A DNA stretch of 64,000 nt from the human T2T-CHM13v2.0 reference genome, Homo sapiens. The position numbers and the translations under genes were made by a program. Below the pieces are notes generated by a model that was not told where the DNA came from, searched no databases, and saw only the letters and a program-made list of their open reading frames with translations. This document shows, one piece after another, positions 1 to 14,675 of this stretch (position 1 is the stretch's first letter; each line of letters begins with the position of its first letter). The stretch is taken from NCBI RefSeq assembly GCF_009914755.1, contig NC_060926.1. One strand, written 5' to 3'.

Positions 1-487
1 AGGGTATAATTCAGGAACAGACAGATGGAAGAGATGCATAGGGCAAGGTATGGCATTAAAGGGCAGAAGCACACAGCTTCCTTGCTTTCTTCTAACGAGC
101 CATCCCCAGCACTTGGATGTGTTCACCAGTCTGGCAGCTCACCAAACCCTGTCCTTTAGGAGTTGTTATGGCGGCTTCATTACATAAGGCATGAGTGACT
201 AAATCATTGACCATTGCTGATTGAACTCAATCTCCACCTCTCTGTTCTTTTCAGAGGCCAAACATGGGGTTGAATGTTCTAATCCTCTAATCACTTATTG
301 TTTTTTCTGGCAACCAGCCCCTATCCTGAAGCTACTCCCCACCCCTACCCCCCACTCCTGACTGCCAAGAGTCATTCCATTAGCATAAAAAAGTCATTCT
401 CGGGAGACTCCAGGGTTTCTATGCCAGGGACTGGGGACTAAGACCAAATATGTATTTCTTATTATAACATGTATTATTATGTCCACA
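1..487 (-). mobile_element. MER21-like LTR fragment (runs off the window start)
   Basis: Recognised motifs ggaagagatgcatagggcaaggtatgg, aaatcattgaccattgctgattgaactcaatctcc and gaccaaatatgtatttcttattata. Confidence 0.7.
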
Positions 488-887
488 ATATGGTCTTCTC
501 CTTTGACATGATACCTATGAATTCCAGAGTAAAAATTTCTTACTATTTATTTTCCTAGTCATTGGAATCCACCTCTTACAAATTTAACTAAACTATTTTT
601 CCATTTGTATAATATAATCAGTAAGAGCACAAAAAACAATGACAATTAGGCAATGAAAAGAGCAGGTTTTGGTTTCTTGAAAAAGTTGAAAATCAGCAAA
701 TGCAATCAATTACGTGTATGAGTTTTTCACAACAATGACAATGTGGCCATATTTAATGACTCTTGGGGCTTTGTAGCATAAATAATGGCATAAAAATAAC
801 CTACCAGTGAGCACCACAGAAGGTAATCCACATTCTTGGTAGAATAGTTTTCCTTTTTAAATGTTCCAAAGATAAAAGAAATTTATT

Positions 888-1205
888 GGCCATGGTGGCT
901 CACGCCTGTAACCCCAGCACTTTGGAAGGCCGAGGCAGGCAGATCTCTTGAGCCCAGGAGTTCGAGACCAACCCCATCTGGACAAAAAATACAAAAAATT
1001 AGCTGAGCATGGTGACATGCATGCCTGCAGTCTCAGCTACTTGGGAGGTTGAGGTAGAAGGATCACCTGAATCTAGGAGGTTGAGGCTGCGATAAACCAT
1101 GATCGTGCCACTGCACTCCAGCCCGGGTGACAGAGTGAGACCCTGTCTCAAAAAAAAAAAAAAAAAGAAAAAGAAAGAAAGAAAGAAAAGAAAAGAAAAG
1201 AAAAG
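888..1205 (+). mobile_element. AluJ with internal deletion, A-tail and (GAAAA)n extension
   Basis: Alu dimer with J-type ...gagcccaggagttcgagacc... and ...gagaccctgtctc; poly(A) from ~1150. Confidence 0.9.
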
Positions 1206-2899
1206 ACATTGCTAACACAAAGACCTCAGTAACTAGTTCATTTAATGCCTTCAAATTCTAGATTAAGAAAGCTGAGGCACGGGAAGACTAGCTAGTAACT
1301 CATACATGGTTTAAGCACAGAGAACTAGAAACTAACTGTCTTGATTTGTTTCTGTACTTCATGTCATTTATATCATTTTGCAAATCTTTGTGCCAAAAGA
1401 CATCAACCCAACCCCAGCCCACCCCCATGACTCCGGATACATTTCCAAGTATATCTTGAAAGGCCTTGTTTTTCTTGCAGTAGCTTTTTGTGGCTTTTCA
1501 TTTTGCATTTCATGTTTCTCTTGAAATTAGGACAAATTGTGGAAAAGGAGACCTGTCTGCATATTCTGTTAAAACTTGAAAGATGATGACTGGCTTATTT
1601 TTAAATTTTACAAAGCATGTAAATTTGTTCATCTTTGTTAGCTGAGATTCTGCCCCAAAACCCCACTCTCATCACTGGACACATCACTTTTCACTACTCT
1701 TTTTTTGGCAGGCCTTCAAGTAGATCTTTGTCTTTTACATTTTTCGAATAGTATGCAGATTATATCCTTGTTGCCTGGTGAACCTAATGCCTTAGATAGG
1801 TCTGACTGTTCAAAAGTAAGGAATTGCCAAATTGCTCCCGGCATACGTATCACTTAAAATAAATGTAATACCAAAAGAGTTTATTGTGGGAAGTTTCTCT
1901 GTTATTCAAAGATCCAATGCATCTTCCCCTAAAATCTGAATATATCTGCATGTATATTTGTAAATGAGTTAATTTGATAGTTATCAACATAGAAAAGCTT
2001 TTTTAAAAAGCACGTATTAGCATTAATTTTAAAAGCACAGTCTGGCAATATAGTTTCAAAACATTTTCTCGGTGTTTTCCATTTCAAGTTTAATGTGGAC
2101 TGAATATCAAATAATTTTTGAATAGCAATACTATACTATGTTATATTATTTTTAATTCATAGGAACTTAATTGCATTGAAATCAATTGTAAATAGATCTC
2201 ACATTATAAAGTTACTGGGTTTTTTAAAACAATGAACATTAAATTTTGATAAGTAGAGTCACATTTCCCCCCATTTAATTGCTTTGTAACTTCATGGGTA
2301 ATTTATCAATATCTCTGTCGTTGATTTTGTGTTTGTTTGCTTTGATTCAGCACTGCCCTAATAAGTCACCTTCATATTATCTAACTAGTAAGCCATTGTG
2401 ACAAATAATTAGCAGTTTGTAAACAACAATAGAACTGAGTGCTCCTGGGAGAGAGTGAACTATGTTTTTGTAAAGCTAAAGATTACTCTTTGGTTTGTGT
2501 CTTGCAAGTTGGAGTTTTTTAATCTGGACTCAAGGGTCATATTATCAAATTGGTATATTCTTGGAAAAGGACAGAATGAAATAAGCATGTTCATGTTATT
2601 AAAATTCTGTCAATTCCAGTGACAAGCTTGATTTAAAATCCACCACCTCTGCTTCTGCGGCATCCAGAGCTATTTTCCTGGGCACTGCATAGGGTAGAAG
2701 TCAGCTACCAGTGTGGGGTCCAGCAGCAGTTTCCAACTGGAACTCAGGAAATAGGACAAGGGAGGCACTGAGGAAAAGCAACTGGCAGCAATCAACAGCT
2801 TGATCCCCTCCAGTTTTCCTCCGTAGCATCTCAGTTTGCTCAGAGCGAGCACAGAACTTCATTAGAGCCTTGACTTCGCTAGTAGAAAATATGCTAGTC

Positions 2900-2995
2900 C
2901 TCTGAGTCCTGGAGGACTCAAAACATTTATTTTTAGGAATGGAACTGTACTAGTGCATGCCCGCTTTCAGTCACTGACTCATTCTGGAATGGAAA
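2900..2995. promoter_or_regulatory. Candidate muscle enhancer motif cluster (MEF2 + 2x TEAD/MCAT + AP-1)
   Basis: TTATTTTTAG 2927-2936, GGAATG 2936-2941 and 2986-2991, TGACTCA 2975-2981. Motif matches only. Confidence 0.35.
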
Positions 2996-3559
2996 TAATT
3001 CCAAGATTCATCATCCCTTCATCATCCAGATCTGGACAACAGCCTCAACTTTTACTCTGCAAAATTTCAGGGAAATGAAATTTGGAAGGCATGAGTTTGC
3101 ATTTAAGTCACACCCTTTGGTTTCTCAAAAGATCTAGTTCAGCTATAGCAGTTGTCAACTCTAAATTACTAGTTATAGTTCCTAATATCCACCCTTTAAA
3201 TAGAAGCAATAAGTTGCCTCAAACTTCAATTTGCACCTCTTTCATTTACTTCACAATTTCAAGCCAACCAGTCACAGCTTCTTGACTTTGTCCCTATGTT
3301 ATGTTATTGCCATTTCTTTCAGTTATCCTCATATATACACCAATGTGTATGTATGTGAATGTGTATGTGTATACATATATATTCTTTCCTGTAAAGCATA
3401 GTGCTGCCTATGCTTTTATATTGTTCTCCATTTCTTCCATATTCTCAAAGTCCATTTAGATGTTCAAAGAATGATGAATAGCCCTCAAATAACAACCAAT
3501 AACCACAATATCACCCATAATAACATCTCTTTTTACTCTTCGTTAACCTTGAGTAGAGA

Positions 3560-3867
<308 letters not shown>

Positions 3868-4012
3868 TCAGTGAGATACTGACACAGTATCTTGTAATTA
3901 TTTGTATTGAGGAAGTGTCAAACTAAATTATAATAATAATAGCACAAGTTTCCTATAGGCTTATTCTTCCAGGGGTGGATATATAAAAGGAGTTTCAGGG
4001 GTTGATATATAA

Positions 4013-4346
<334 letters not shown>

Positions 4347-4629
4347 CATCTTTACATTTTGATCAATCCTTAAAATTAGAAAAATTTCACAAATAATGTG
4401 CTGTTTTTCTCTTTCTCCCTTTCCCCTTCCTTCGTTTTTATTTCATTTCTATTAATGACATCTGAACTATTTTCTGTAACCCCAGCATTATAACCAGCCT
4501 TGAAATGTATGAAGTGTTCTCAGTTTACCAGAATCACAGAAACATCATCTCCTAGAGCCAGAAGAGGTTCCAAATGAACTCCACGTAACACTTTACAGGA
4601 AATTAGAAAACACTGTCAGGTTAACTCTA

Positions 4630-4890
4630 ACTGGTTGAACGCAGACTTTGGAACCAGACTGCCTAGTTTGAATTCCATCTCTTACCCTTACCTACTGATT
4701 GACCTTGGGCAAATTACCAACTCTGTGCCTCATTTCCTCATCTGACATCAGAGATACTAGTAGTATCTATCTCATAGTCTTATTTCAAAGATTAAATGAA
4801 TTTATCTTTATAAAGTTCTAAAGCATCAGTCCCTGGCACATAGTAAGTGCTGTATAAGCTTTTGTTATTAATATTACTACTATTATTATT
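4630..4890 (+). mobile_element. MIR
   Basis: MIR core gaccttgggcaaattaccaactctgtgcctcatttcctcatctg and 3' end ctggcacatagtaagtgct. Confidence 0.8.
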
Positions 4891-6374
4891 TACTATATGA
4901 GTATAATGTAACATAATAACTATTATCCATATATTCCAGGGAGCAAGATAAGAATGTAAAATAATATGTGACCCTATATGCTGAACATTGAAAACTGCAA
5001 CACACTAAAAACCGTTTAAGAGAGAAACTGGTCTATGTGATTTAATAGGTTGTTGTGTTGTTAAAAACACCCTTATCTTTCACAGATGCACTCTTCAGCT
5101 CAAATCAAATTACTCTCCTCTCCTGGAGTTGTAGAAAGCTACTAAGTACCCCCTTCTTGTTATAATTGTTCTGACACTTGAAACAAATACACTTTCTGTT
5201 ATCCTTGGTGATGTCAACATCATATTACTTCAAAAAACTGAATTCTTCAACCATCTCAACCCTAATGACTCCAGTCTCTTTCCTGACAAGGCTACTCGCA
5301 GCCACATTTTAAACCTTGTCAGTAATTTGACCTGGTTCTTAGACTCTCAATATATTCTCTCTGATCACAGTTTTCTTTCTCACATTTCTTCCACTCTTTC
5401 TTTTCAACTGAAACTGAGCTTGATCTTCAGCATAGTCTCCACATTCTTAGCATGTCCTGCACAGCAGCCCCTTCCAACTTTATTTACTTAATCTCTCCAT
5501 GTCTTGAATCCACTCACAGCATCTGTGAAAAGATGGAAGAACTCTCACTCAGGAGCGAGGCACTGGAAGATGGGTCTGTGAAGACCAGACCGTTTATCAT
5601 GGGAATCTAAAGGAGAGAGGGCAAAGAGAACCCAATAGTTGAAGAGGAAGCAAAAAAATCACAAGCCAGTGAAATGGCGCAATGCACCAGGAAAATCACA
5701 AGATCAGAAATCAGTGGGTATAGGGACAAGAAAGGTTGGAGCCTGCAATGGATGAGGGTATGCATTTCAAAACAAAGGCCAGAAACAATTCAGATGTGTT
5801 GAAAGCGTCTGACTCTGGGCTGCAGGAGTAGGTCTGAGAGCTTAATGGAGGGACGTTAGACCTAATGCCCACTCAGCCTGGGCCCTGCAGAGCTTCCATT
5901 GACCCCCGTATCACTCTGCCCCCAATTCTGGCTAAATCCATCAAACTGAAAACCAATTCAACATTTTCCCATAATGTGCTACTTTTGCTCCCATTCCCAG
6001 GCTGCTGTGTGTGTGTGTAAAGAGAGAGAGATTCATAGTTCTGCACATAAGCTAATACTCAACATCATTTATTCACCTTTAACTGACTCTTTATTATTAT
6101 ACATTTGTCATTTTTCCTGAAAATCCCAAATGTTCTCTATGATAATATACAACTGGAAAATTTAAGACTGGAAATAAGTTTGTGGGTAACATTTTTAAGC
6201 CATGTTACATTTTAAAAGTTTGGGCAACATACGATTAGAGATTAAATAGTTACTAGAGATGTGCATTAGGTGTAATACGGATGAAGCTGAGATCTGATGG
6301 AGTGTGTGTGGTAAGACAAAAAAAGGAAGACTGGGGATGGAGCCCTGGAGTCTATACATGGTTGGGTGTCAAGA

Positions 6375-6378
<4 letters not shown>

Positions 6379-6413
<35 letters not shown>
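6379..6413 (+). repeat. (TG)n microsatellite, ~17 units
   Basis: Directly visible. Confidence 0.95.
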
Positions 6414-6415
<2 letters not shown>

Positions 6416-9400
6416 CCTGGCCACGATAGATGAGTGTTATTTGTGTGTCTAGTCACTTACCAAATCTATGCTCAGGTTTGACACTTTAAAGAACGACACA
6501 GAGAGAGCTGCAAAGCATCAGCATTTTGTGTTCCTCCTTCTGTGAGGCTTTCTGTAACGGCAACCTAGTGTCAGGATTAGCGAGGTTTGTGACATTTCCT
6601 GAGGCCCTGCACTGCTGGTGAATGGGACATAGGGCTTTGTGCCACATCTGCTTTCCTTGGCAGGCTTCCAACTCAAGAGTACACTGGGACATCCTGAAAA
6701 CCTACTGAGGTCTTCTTCCTAGATCCCACAAAACTAGGAGGATATTGCTTCTGATTAAATGGTCCTCCAAAGAAAAATGTGGCTGGGGGTGGGTTGGTTG
6801 TGCGTAGGTATGTGTGTGGAGTGGGGTGGGTGTTTTCATGCCTGTCTGTACTTAGCTCACTGGGCTGGGGAGGCTAGTTATTTTCTTCTGGACTGAAATA
6901 TGATGGAGACATGAATGTATTTGGAATTTTTTAGCCATAACGTTTCTCATTGCTTTGTGCAGCTATATAATAATGAGAAATTTTGGCAGAAGTTACATTT
7001 GGCAGAAAGCCCAAAATTGACTGGTTTCACTTTCCAAGCAAACATTTTTGCACAGTTCTAATTTTCACCTGCTCATGTGGTACCCTGCTGAGACTTTTGA
7101 GTGAAGAGCTGAATTTCTTTGTGGGAGAGTCACAGGTTTACATGCAAGACATTTATTTTTGCTCCTTCCTGGAAGCTGTAATTCCAACTTTCACATAACT
7201 TCTCAATGTTGCTTAATAACTTCTATTGCAGAATTTAAAACTTGTTTTCTACACTTCAAAAAAAGTAGGAGAGAGAAAGTAACAAAATCTGCCAATGAGA
7301 ACCATGAAAAGACAAGCATTAACTTTTGCAATATTATTTCAAGACAAATTCATTCAACAAATGCTTAATGGGCACCCACTGTTTATATGTCAATATGTTA
7401 AACATTAAATACTTGTGAAGTTGACTATTTTAATCTCAACTATCAGTTTACTTCTCGGTGATCTAGAAATTTTAGTTCTAGATAAAAACAGAAATTTAGT
7501 AACCAGTTCTGCAAAAATATTAGGGAAGTCTCTGCCACTCACTATTAGGGAACATACAAGCATATTATTTTTGAAAATATTTTCTATTTTTCCCACCCTT
7601 GCATGTAAGGAGCCTGAAACGAGCATTTCTGGCCACTGTGTGGTGACCAGCCTTCCATATTCACAGCTTCTTTAACACTGTGAAAGCCTAGTTTCATATG
7701 GAATTTGGCAAAGAAACCCAATTGCTTTTTACATTCCGTCCCAACTTTCCTCCCCTTATCTTCTACTTCACTTGAGTTTAAATACCATTGGTGTAGGAAG
7801 ATTTCTGTTTGCAAGTGTTAAATTCTTTGTTGTTAAATTCATCACTGATGTATCTGTCTTAATGTGCACGGGAAAAATCAGGTTTCAATTTGAATAACAT
7901 TTAATAAAAATAAGTTTGCCCTTTAAAAACAGGAGTAAAATAAACAGCATAAATGCGTTCTTCCATGTATGGTACATTTATAGCATTAGGTTTTGAATCT
8001 GAGAGAAAAGAAACAAATGCCTATGTCAAATTTTTAAAGATAAATAACTGTAAATAAATTAAGGGATGACGATACTGACTAATTATACACTCCATGTGTA
8101 TCATAAGCAAGGAAGACTATTAAATTACTTCCACTCTTTGGACTGTTCCTAGTACCAGCATATCATTAGGAAACTGACATCATCTCTTTCTTTTGAAATT
8201 ACGTGCTGCATTTATAGGCAAAGGGTATTTGGGTCATGTTACTGGTTACAGAGGAGAGTAACCCAGCATCTGATTGCATCAGAGTTTTGATACATTAAAA
8301 TTATTATAGTTTTAATATGTAAACATTCCTGTTCTAAATTTTTTAAAAACCTGTTTAAGATGTGTACAACATTATTCAGTGTCCCTTAGAATTATGAAAG
8401 AGAGGAATCAAAATGCAGTTGTGAAAGTACAAATATATGAACAAGAGGCCAATTACCTTTTCACTTAAAGCACATTAGAAAAACATAAAGCTTTGGTGAG
8501 AATAATGGTGTCCTACATTGATTCTTAACATTTCGGTTTAACATTAGCCAGTTAAGTAGAAATTTTATGTTCCTACTCAAGATGAAGTAATTAAAGGCCA
8601 CATTGTTCTGAAAGTTTTCAAGGTTTGAGATACTATTTTTCAAAGTACATCACTGCTCTGAAAGAGTGAATTTACTTCCAGAAGAGTAGGTTATTCACCA
8701 AGCCATGCTGCATTATTTCAGCATTTTCACTTTCCTTCTTGATTGCTTCATTTTCCCAAATAATGTTCGGTAAAGAAAGTGTGTTGAATTAGTGTGGCTT
8801 CCTTTCTTTGATCAATTCTATCAGTCATTAAGTTCAAAAGAAAAAATATCAAAGTATGCTGCTGTTCGTGGACTTAGGCAGAGAAAGCATTTTAAACAAA
8901 GACTTGAGATCATTGAAAACAGTTTGTGTAAATTCAAGGATTGATTTTTCTAAGACAAAAATTGGATTGAATTAAATACATTTTATTATTCAAACAAGAA
9001 GTGTGATTAGTAGGAGAAAAGCTGCCAGGGTGTCATGTATAAGTTGGTGAGAGTTGGATTTGATGATCTGGGCTTTCTTTTAATATCTTTTGTCAAAATA
9101 AATTTCAGATGCTAACCTTAAAAGAGGGATGAAAGTTGGGATGAAGGTGAAGAGAGGAAATTCCTAAAACACATTCAGATACCTCTAGTTCCTACAGAAT
9201 GCTTTTAGCACAAAAATGATTTAAGGTAATAATCAGTAAATGATTAACATTCCTACCTCTGTGTACATTCAAACAACTTAAAGATAAGCCTGCCAGGAAG
9301 ACACTTTTCAAAGCCACAGATTATTAAAGCTTAATCTCCATTACATTACCTTGGCGTATTTTTTGCTCTGTTGAATGCCAACAGCATACTTGGAATTAAA

Positions 9401-10783
9401 CAAAACAGTTCACTACACATGACCCAGCTTCATATGGAATTTTACAAAGCCTATGAAAGAAAGGGTTGATCATTTGAGGAAAAAGATTTTAAGCTAGTAT
9501 GCACAGGTCATCCCCATCTACCAATGCACTGCTTTGACCCAGAATTAAATCACTTTCTGTGTATTCTGGAGGCCATAATTGTTTTAGGGGCACTAGTGGA
9601 TATTTTAACCAGTCCCTCAGAGGCACGCACACTTTCTATTAATCATAGACTGAGCCTGCCTACCGTCTCTCCATGGCTGAGGGGTGAGCACATTTGCTTG
9701 CTGTTTCTCAAGTTTTCATTCCAGCTTAGACAACCAGAAAGAAGATGACATTCTCGCCACAAGGGCACAGACCCTTAGTAACTAAACCACACATAAAGGA
9801 GGATCTGGAAAGCTGAGAATCACAAGGAAGTTTGGGAAAAGGAAAAGCACAAATGAAGCGGTAGGAATGAAAAAGGGATACATTAGAAAATTAGGGTCAG
9901 AAAAAAAAGTTATGTCAAAGAGGTAGCAATTCTGTAAGAAACAGAATTATGTAGAATGATATGAAATTTTTGGATTTTCTAAAACAGAGACTTTAGAAAG
10001 AATAGGATAGCAACTAGTTTAAATAGAATGAGTAATGAAATTAAATAGAAAGGAGATGCGTATTCAAACTAACCAAACATAACAATATATTTAGGGGTTT
10101 TCCTCACAATGTAGAGTTTTTCAACACATGGGTACTAAGCACAGTAACGGTAGAATGAATCATCAATGAAGGATACAGTTTCCTTCTCTTTACCTTTGGT
10201 AGGTTGCCACAAAGCAGCAGGGACTTAAAGACTGGCCTAGTGATCACCTGGGCTGGTCTAGGTCACGGCCAGTGTTCACTGTGCCGAGCCTATTTCTCAA
10301 AGGTCCCATAGCAAATTTTTAAAGTGAGTAACTTTGAATGACGATTTTATGATTTTACCTAAAAAACATAGAGCAGGAAAAAAACATGAGGAACCATTAA
10401 GGGGGCGGGGTGGAAAGAGCAGATCTGTCTCTACAGTGTAACGTGCTAGAGTGATTTTCATGAACTTTACATTTCCAGTGGACTTTCATGTTGCTTGTCA
10501 GTGAAAAATTGGTGGTTCACGGCCTAGTGCCAAAACCACAGATAAACGAACACTTTACATGTCATATACATTCATAAAACCTGTTATATTTATCTTTTTA
10601 GAAATAAGGTCAGATCAATACTGTATTTCTTGAGAATCTTTCTAGTGTTATTCTTTTTTTTTCCTCTTCAAATGGAGCATGACTGACTATAATGGTGATT
10701 AATTTGTCTCCAGGTCTGACAACCATGCCTAGCCGACAGTAGCTGGGAAGTAGATGTTTATAGAATGCAGGACTAAAGCCCTA

Positions 10784-11398
<615 letters not shown>

Positions 11399-12724
11399 GT
11401 ACCATATACCTTAAGTATATACCTGTGATGCGGATTTAGACAAGGGGACATTTGGATGAAAGCGCGACACCACCTCCCATCCTCTGGAGCACAGTAGATC
11501 ACTTGAAAATGAGACCAGTGGCCCCTGCTTTGCATTTTCCCTTCCTTGCAGTTAAGTTTATTCCCTTCTCTGTTCAACTGGACCTATCCCTAACCCCTTC
11601 TTAAGTTTGATCTCTATGGTGACCAAAGCAATATAGCTGAGGAATTTGCTTTGATTTCTAATTCTAAACTCAAGCTTGTAATAATGAAAAACAGCCACTG
11701 ATAGCTGTGGAAATTCAGCTTATTTATTTCCCTTTGATTTATCCTTAGATTATGCTGAAGTCAATGTCTAGAAAGGATTTAAGTGCATATATTTTAGGAA
11801 GCAGAAAAGAGTTTCATACCCTTAATTAAAAATTTACCTTGAAATAAAAATGTTATATTTTAATGAAAATATATTTACGTAAGAGACTGTGTAGAGTTGA
11901 AAGTTGTATGCAGAAATACTTGAAATCAACTCCGGGTTCAGCTACTTGCTATATGATATTATCTTCTGAGTGTTACTTCCTCAACACTAAAATGGGAATA
12001 AACCACCCATCATATATGGTTGTTATGAGAATTAATGGGATAATACATGTAAAATAATTAACACATTATGTTCATTAACTGATAGCTATCATTATTATAA
12101 TGTAATATACGTCTGATTGTACTAGAGAAATGTCCAACAAGAGACTTATGCTGTAAAAATATGCACACTACAGGCATTTGTAATGATTCTAATTTATTAG
12201 ACTAGTTCAATGAAATTTAAGTCATTTTATTCAATTATTGATTTTTTTAACTGGCCAAATCTCTAAGCTAACCAATTAATTTAAAAATGTTTAAGAGCAG
12301 TATGATTAGATTTTCGTATATGCCCAAACTAGCAATATTTTTATACTAATGATTACCTAACTTCTGATTAAATTTTCTTAATTCATAACTGCTCTAGTAC
12401 CAGCAGTACTTCCTATGAGATGATAGGAGCTGCAAAAGACACAGGACATGTCTATAGAAAAAGAAGTGACAGCAGGTAGAAATAACAGTCCTATTATTCA
12501 GAGAGATTTGAATCTAAATGGACACTTAGAGTCTTATCAGGTAGGCGGACATTTCTTTTTTGGGACATAAAGAGTAATTTCAGAGATGGCTCCATCACAT
12601 AGTGGTTTGTGTATTTACGTGTCTGTGCAATTTAGGGAGCTGGAACTGAAATGTGCCTTTAAAAGTATCCAGTATGTAGCAATTTGTGACTTGGACAGAC
12701 ACATGTATGTGTACAGTGAATGCT

Positions 12725-13240
12725 TGTATCAGTTTCCTGTTGCTGCTGCAAGAAATTACCAAAAAATGCAACAGATTCCAATAGCACTCATCTATTATCT
12801 TACAGTTCTGGAAGTCTGAAGTCCAAAGTGGGTTTCACTGAGAAAAAAGTAAGGTGTTGGCTGTGCCAAGCTTCCTCCAGAAGCTCCAGGGGAGAATCTG
12901 CTTCTTTGCCCTTCCCAGGTTCCAGAAGCTACCTGTATTCCTTGATTTGTGGACCTTATTCCCATCTTCGAAGCCAGCAGTGTAGAATATTCAATCTCTT
13001 TTCTCTCCCATTTCAGTCATTGCATCTCCCGTCTCAATGCTCCTGACTCCCTCTTTCACTTACAAGGACCCTTGTGATTACATTGAACCTACTTGGATAA
13101 CCTAGGATAATCTTCCTATCTCAAAATCCTTAACTTTATTATATCTGCAAAATCCCTTTTGCCATGTAAGGTCGCATATTCATAGGTCCTGGGGATTAGG
13201 ATGTGAACATCTTTGGGGGACCGATGTTCTGTCTACTACA
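12725..13240 (-). mobile_element. MaLR solo LTR (MLT1C/D-like)
   Basis: TG...CA termini (tgtatcagtttcctgttgctgct ... ttctgtctactaca), typical MLT1 motifs (tcttacagttctgga, gacccttgtgattacattg) and a perfect 5-bp TSD ATGCT at 12720-12724 and 13241-13245. Confidence 0.88.
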
Positions 13241-14449
13241 ATGCTAAATCTTGTCTTCTTCCTCTAACAGGCAACTGGATTTAAAGAATCTCTTCCAGTA
13301 TCTGGTGAACCAGGAGAATACTAGCTAGGACAGACTTAGTAAGAAAGCAGGAACGAATCCTTTTTATTACCATGAGAGATCTTCTTTTGTTAATGTATAA
13401 AGCCCAAATAATCAAATGAATGGATGGATTTTTGGGAAGGTAACAAGTACACATACAATAACACAATGCATTTTGGGGGAATAGGATCACAGGGAGGTTA
13501 GTTTGAGAAATGGAATCTGAGTCACTGTGTTCATTTGCTGGAAAAAAATGCTACAAGATGGTTTTTGTGCTTACTTCCACTCATTTTTATTCCCTCGCCC
13601 TTCTTCTCCATGTTTTTTAAGAACTCTGAATTGATGCAGGTCTGTGCTGTACACTTGCTTTCATTTTATTCTCCATCTATTTCTTGGTTTTATAATATTC
13701 AAATGAGGATAACAATATATAAAACTCAAATTGATTACAAATTTTACTTGGCAGTAGCATTCTGAATGCTTAAAAGAGATGAATTTTATTATTAGCTGAG
13801 GGATTTGCAAATATTAAGAATTATAGAAAAATTTATTCATGCTAATGGCTCTGAGCCTATGATATGTGTATTGGTATGCTATCCTGCACACAAATCCAAG
13901 CTGGATTATAGATCATGTATTTAAGTTTGACAGAATTTAGTTTATCATTCTCCCAATGTAGTTCTCAATCAATTTTTTTTTTCAAGAACTAAACAGTTGA
14001 CTTCTTTTTAATGCATCCAGAATAAAGCAGCAAGGCTATTGATGTATCACCTGAAGTGTGCTTGCCTTCTTGAAGCTGGTATCTATGATTGCTTCAGCTT
14101 TGCAGGCTTCCATGGGACTCACCAGCACACTTCGCCTGGTTCTTAGGTGGCATTAAATGAAGGCTTCTTACATTGATTTTAGCAAATTTCAAAGAAAAAA
14201 TAATAAATTCTGGTTTCTCTGCTCAACAGTTTAAATTATTGTTAACCTTAGAATTTATTTTGTGTCACAATAATACACTGGACTAACCATCTGGGAATAT
14301 TATGGATATTTTTATTGTATATGCAGTATGAGTCAGTTCATAACAGAAAAAGGCATCTCTTTGTTGTTTGGCTTTTCCTTCATTTATTTACTGAGCATAG
14401 TGATTTTGTTTGTTGTTGAACAACTGTCCTTCTTAATAGGTAGCATCAG

Positions 14450-14675
14450 AATTGGAGTTGTCACAGAGCCTGGGGCCAGATTGCTGAGCTTCCCTTCTCA
14501 GCTCTGAAACTCACCCACTGTCTGAACTGGTGCAGGTTTTAGAACCCGTCTCTGTTTCCTTATCTGTAAAATAGAGATAAAAAATAAAATAGCCTCTATC
14601 TCCTGGTATGATTGAGAATATTAAATGGATTCATATTCTGACACATAGAAAGCACTTTATACATGTTTGCTATGA
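14450..14675 (+). mobile_element. MIR
   Basis: Core tctgtttccttatctgtaaaatagagataa and 3' end ctgacacatagaaagcact; boundaries approximate. Confidence 0.65.
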
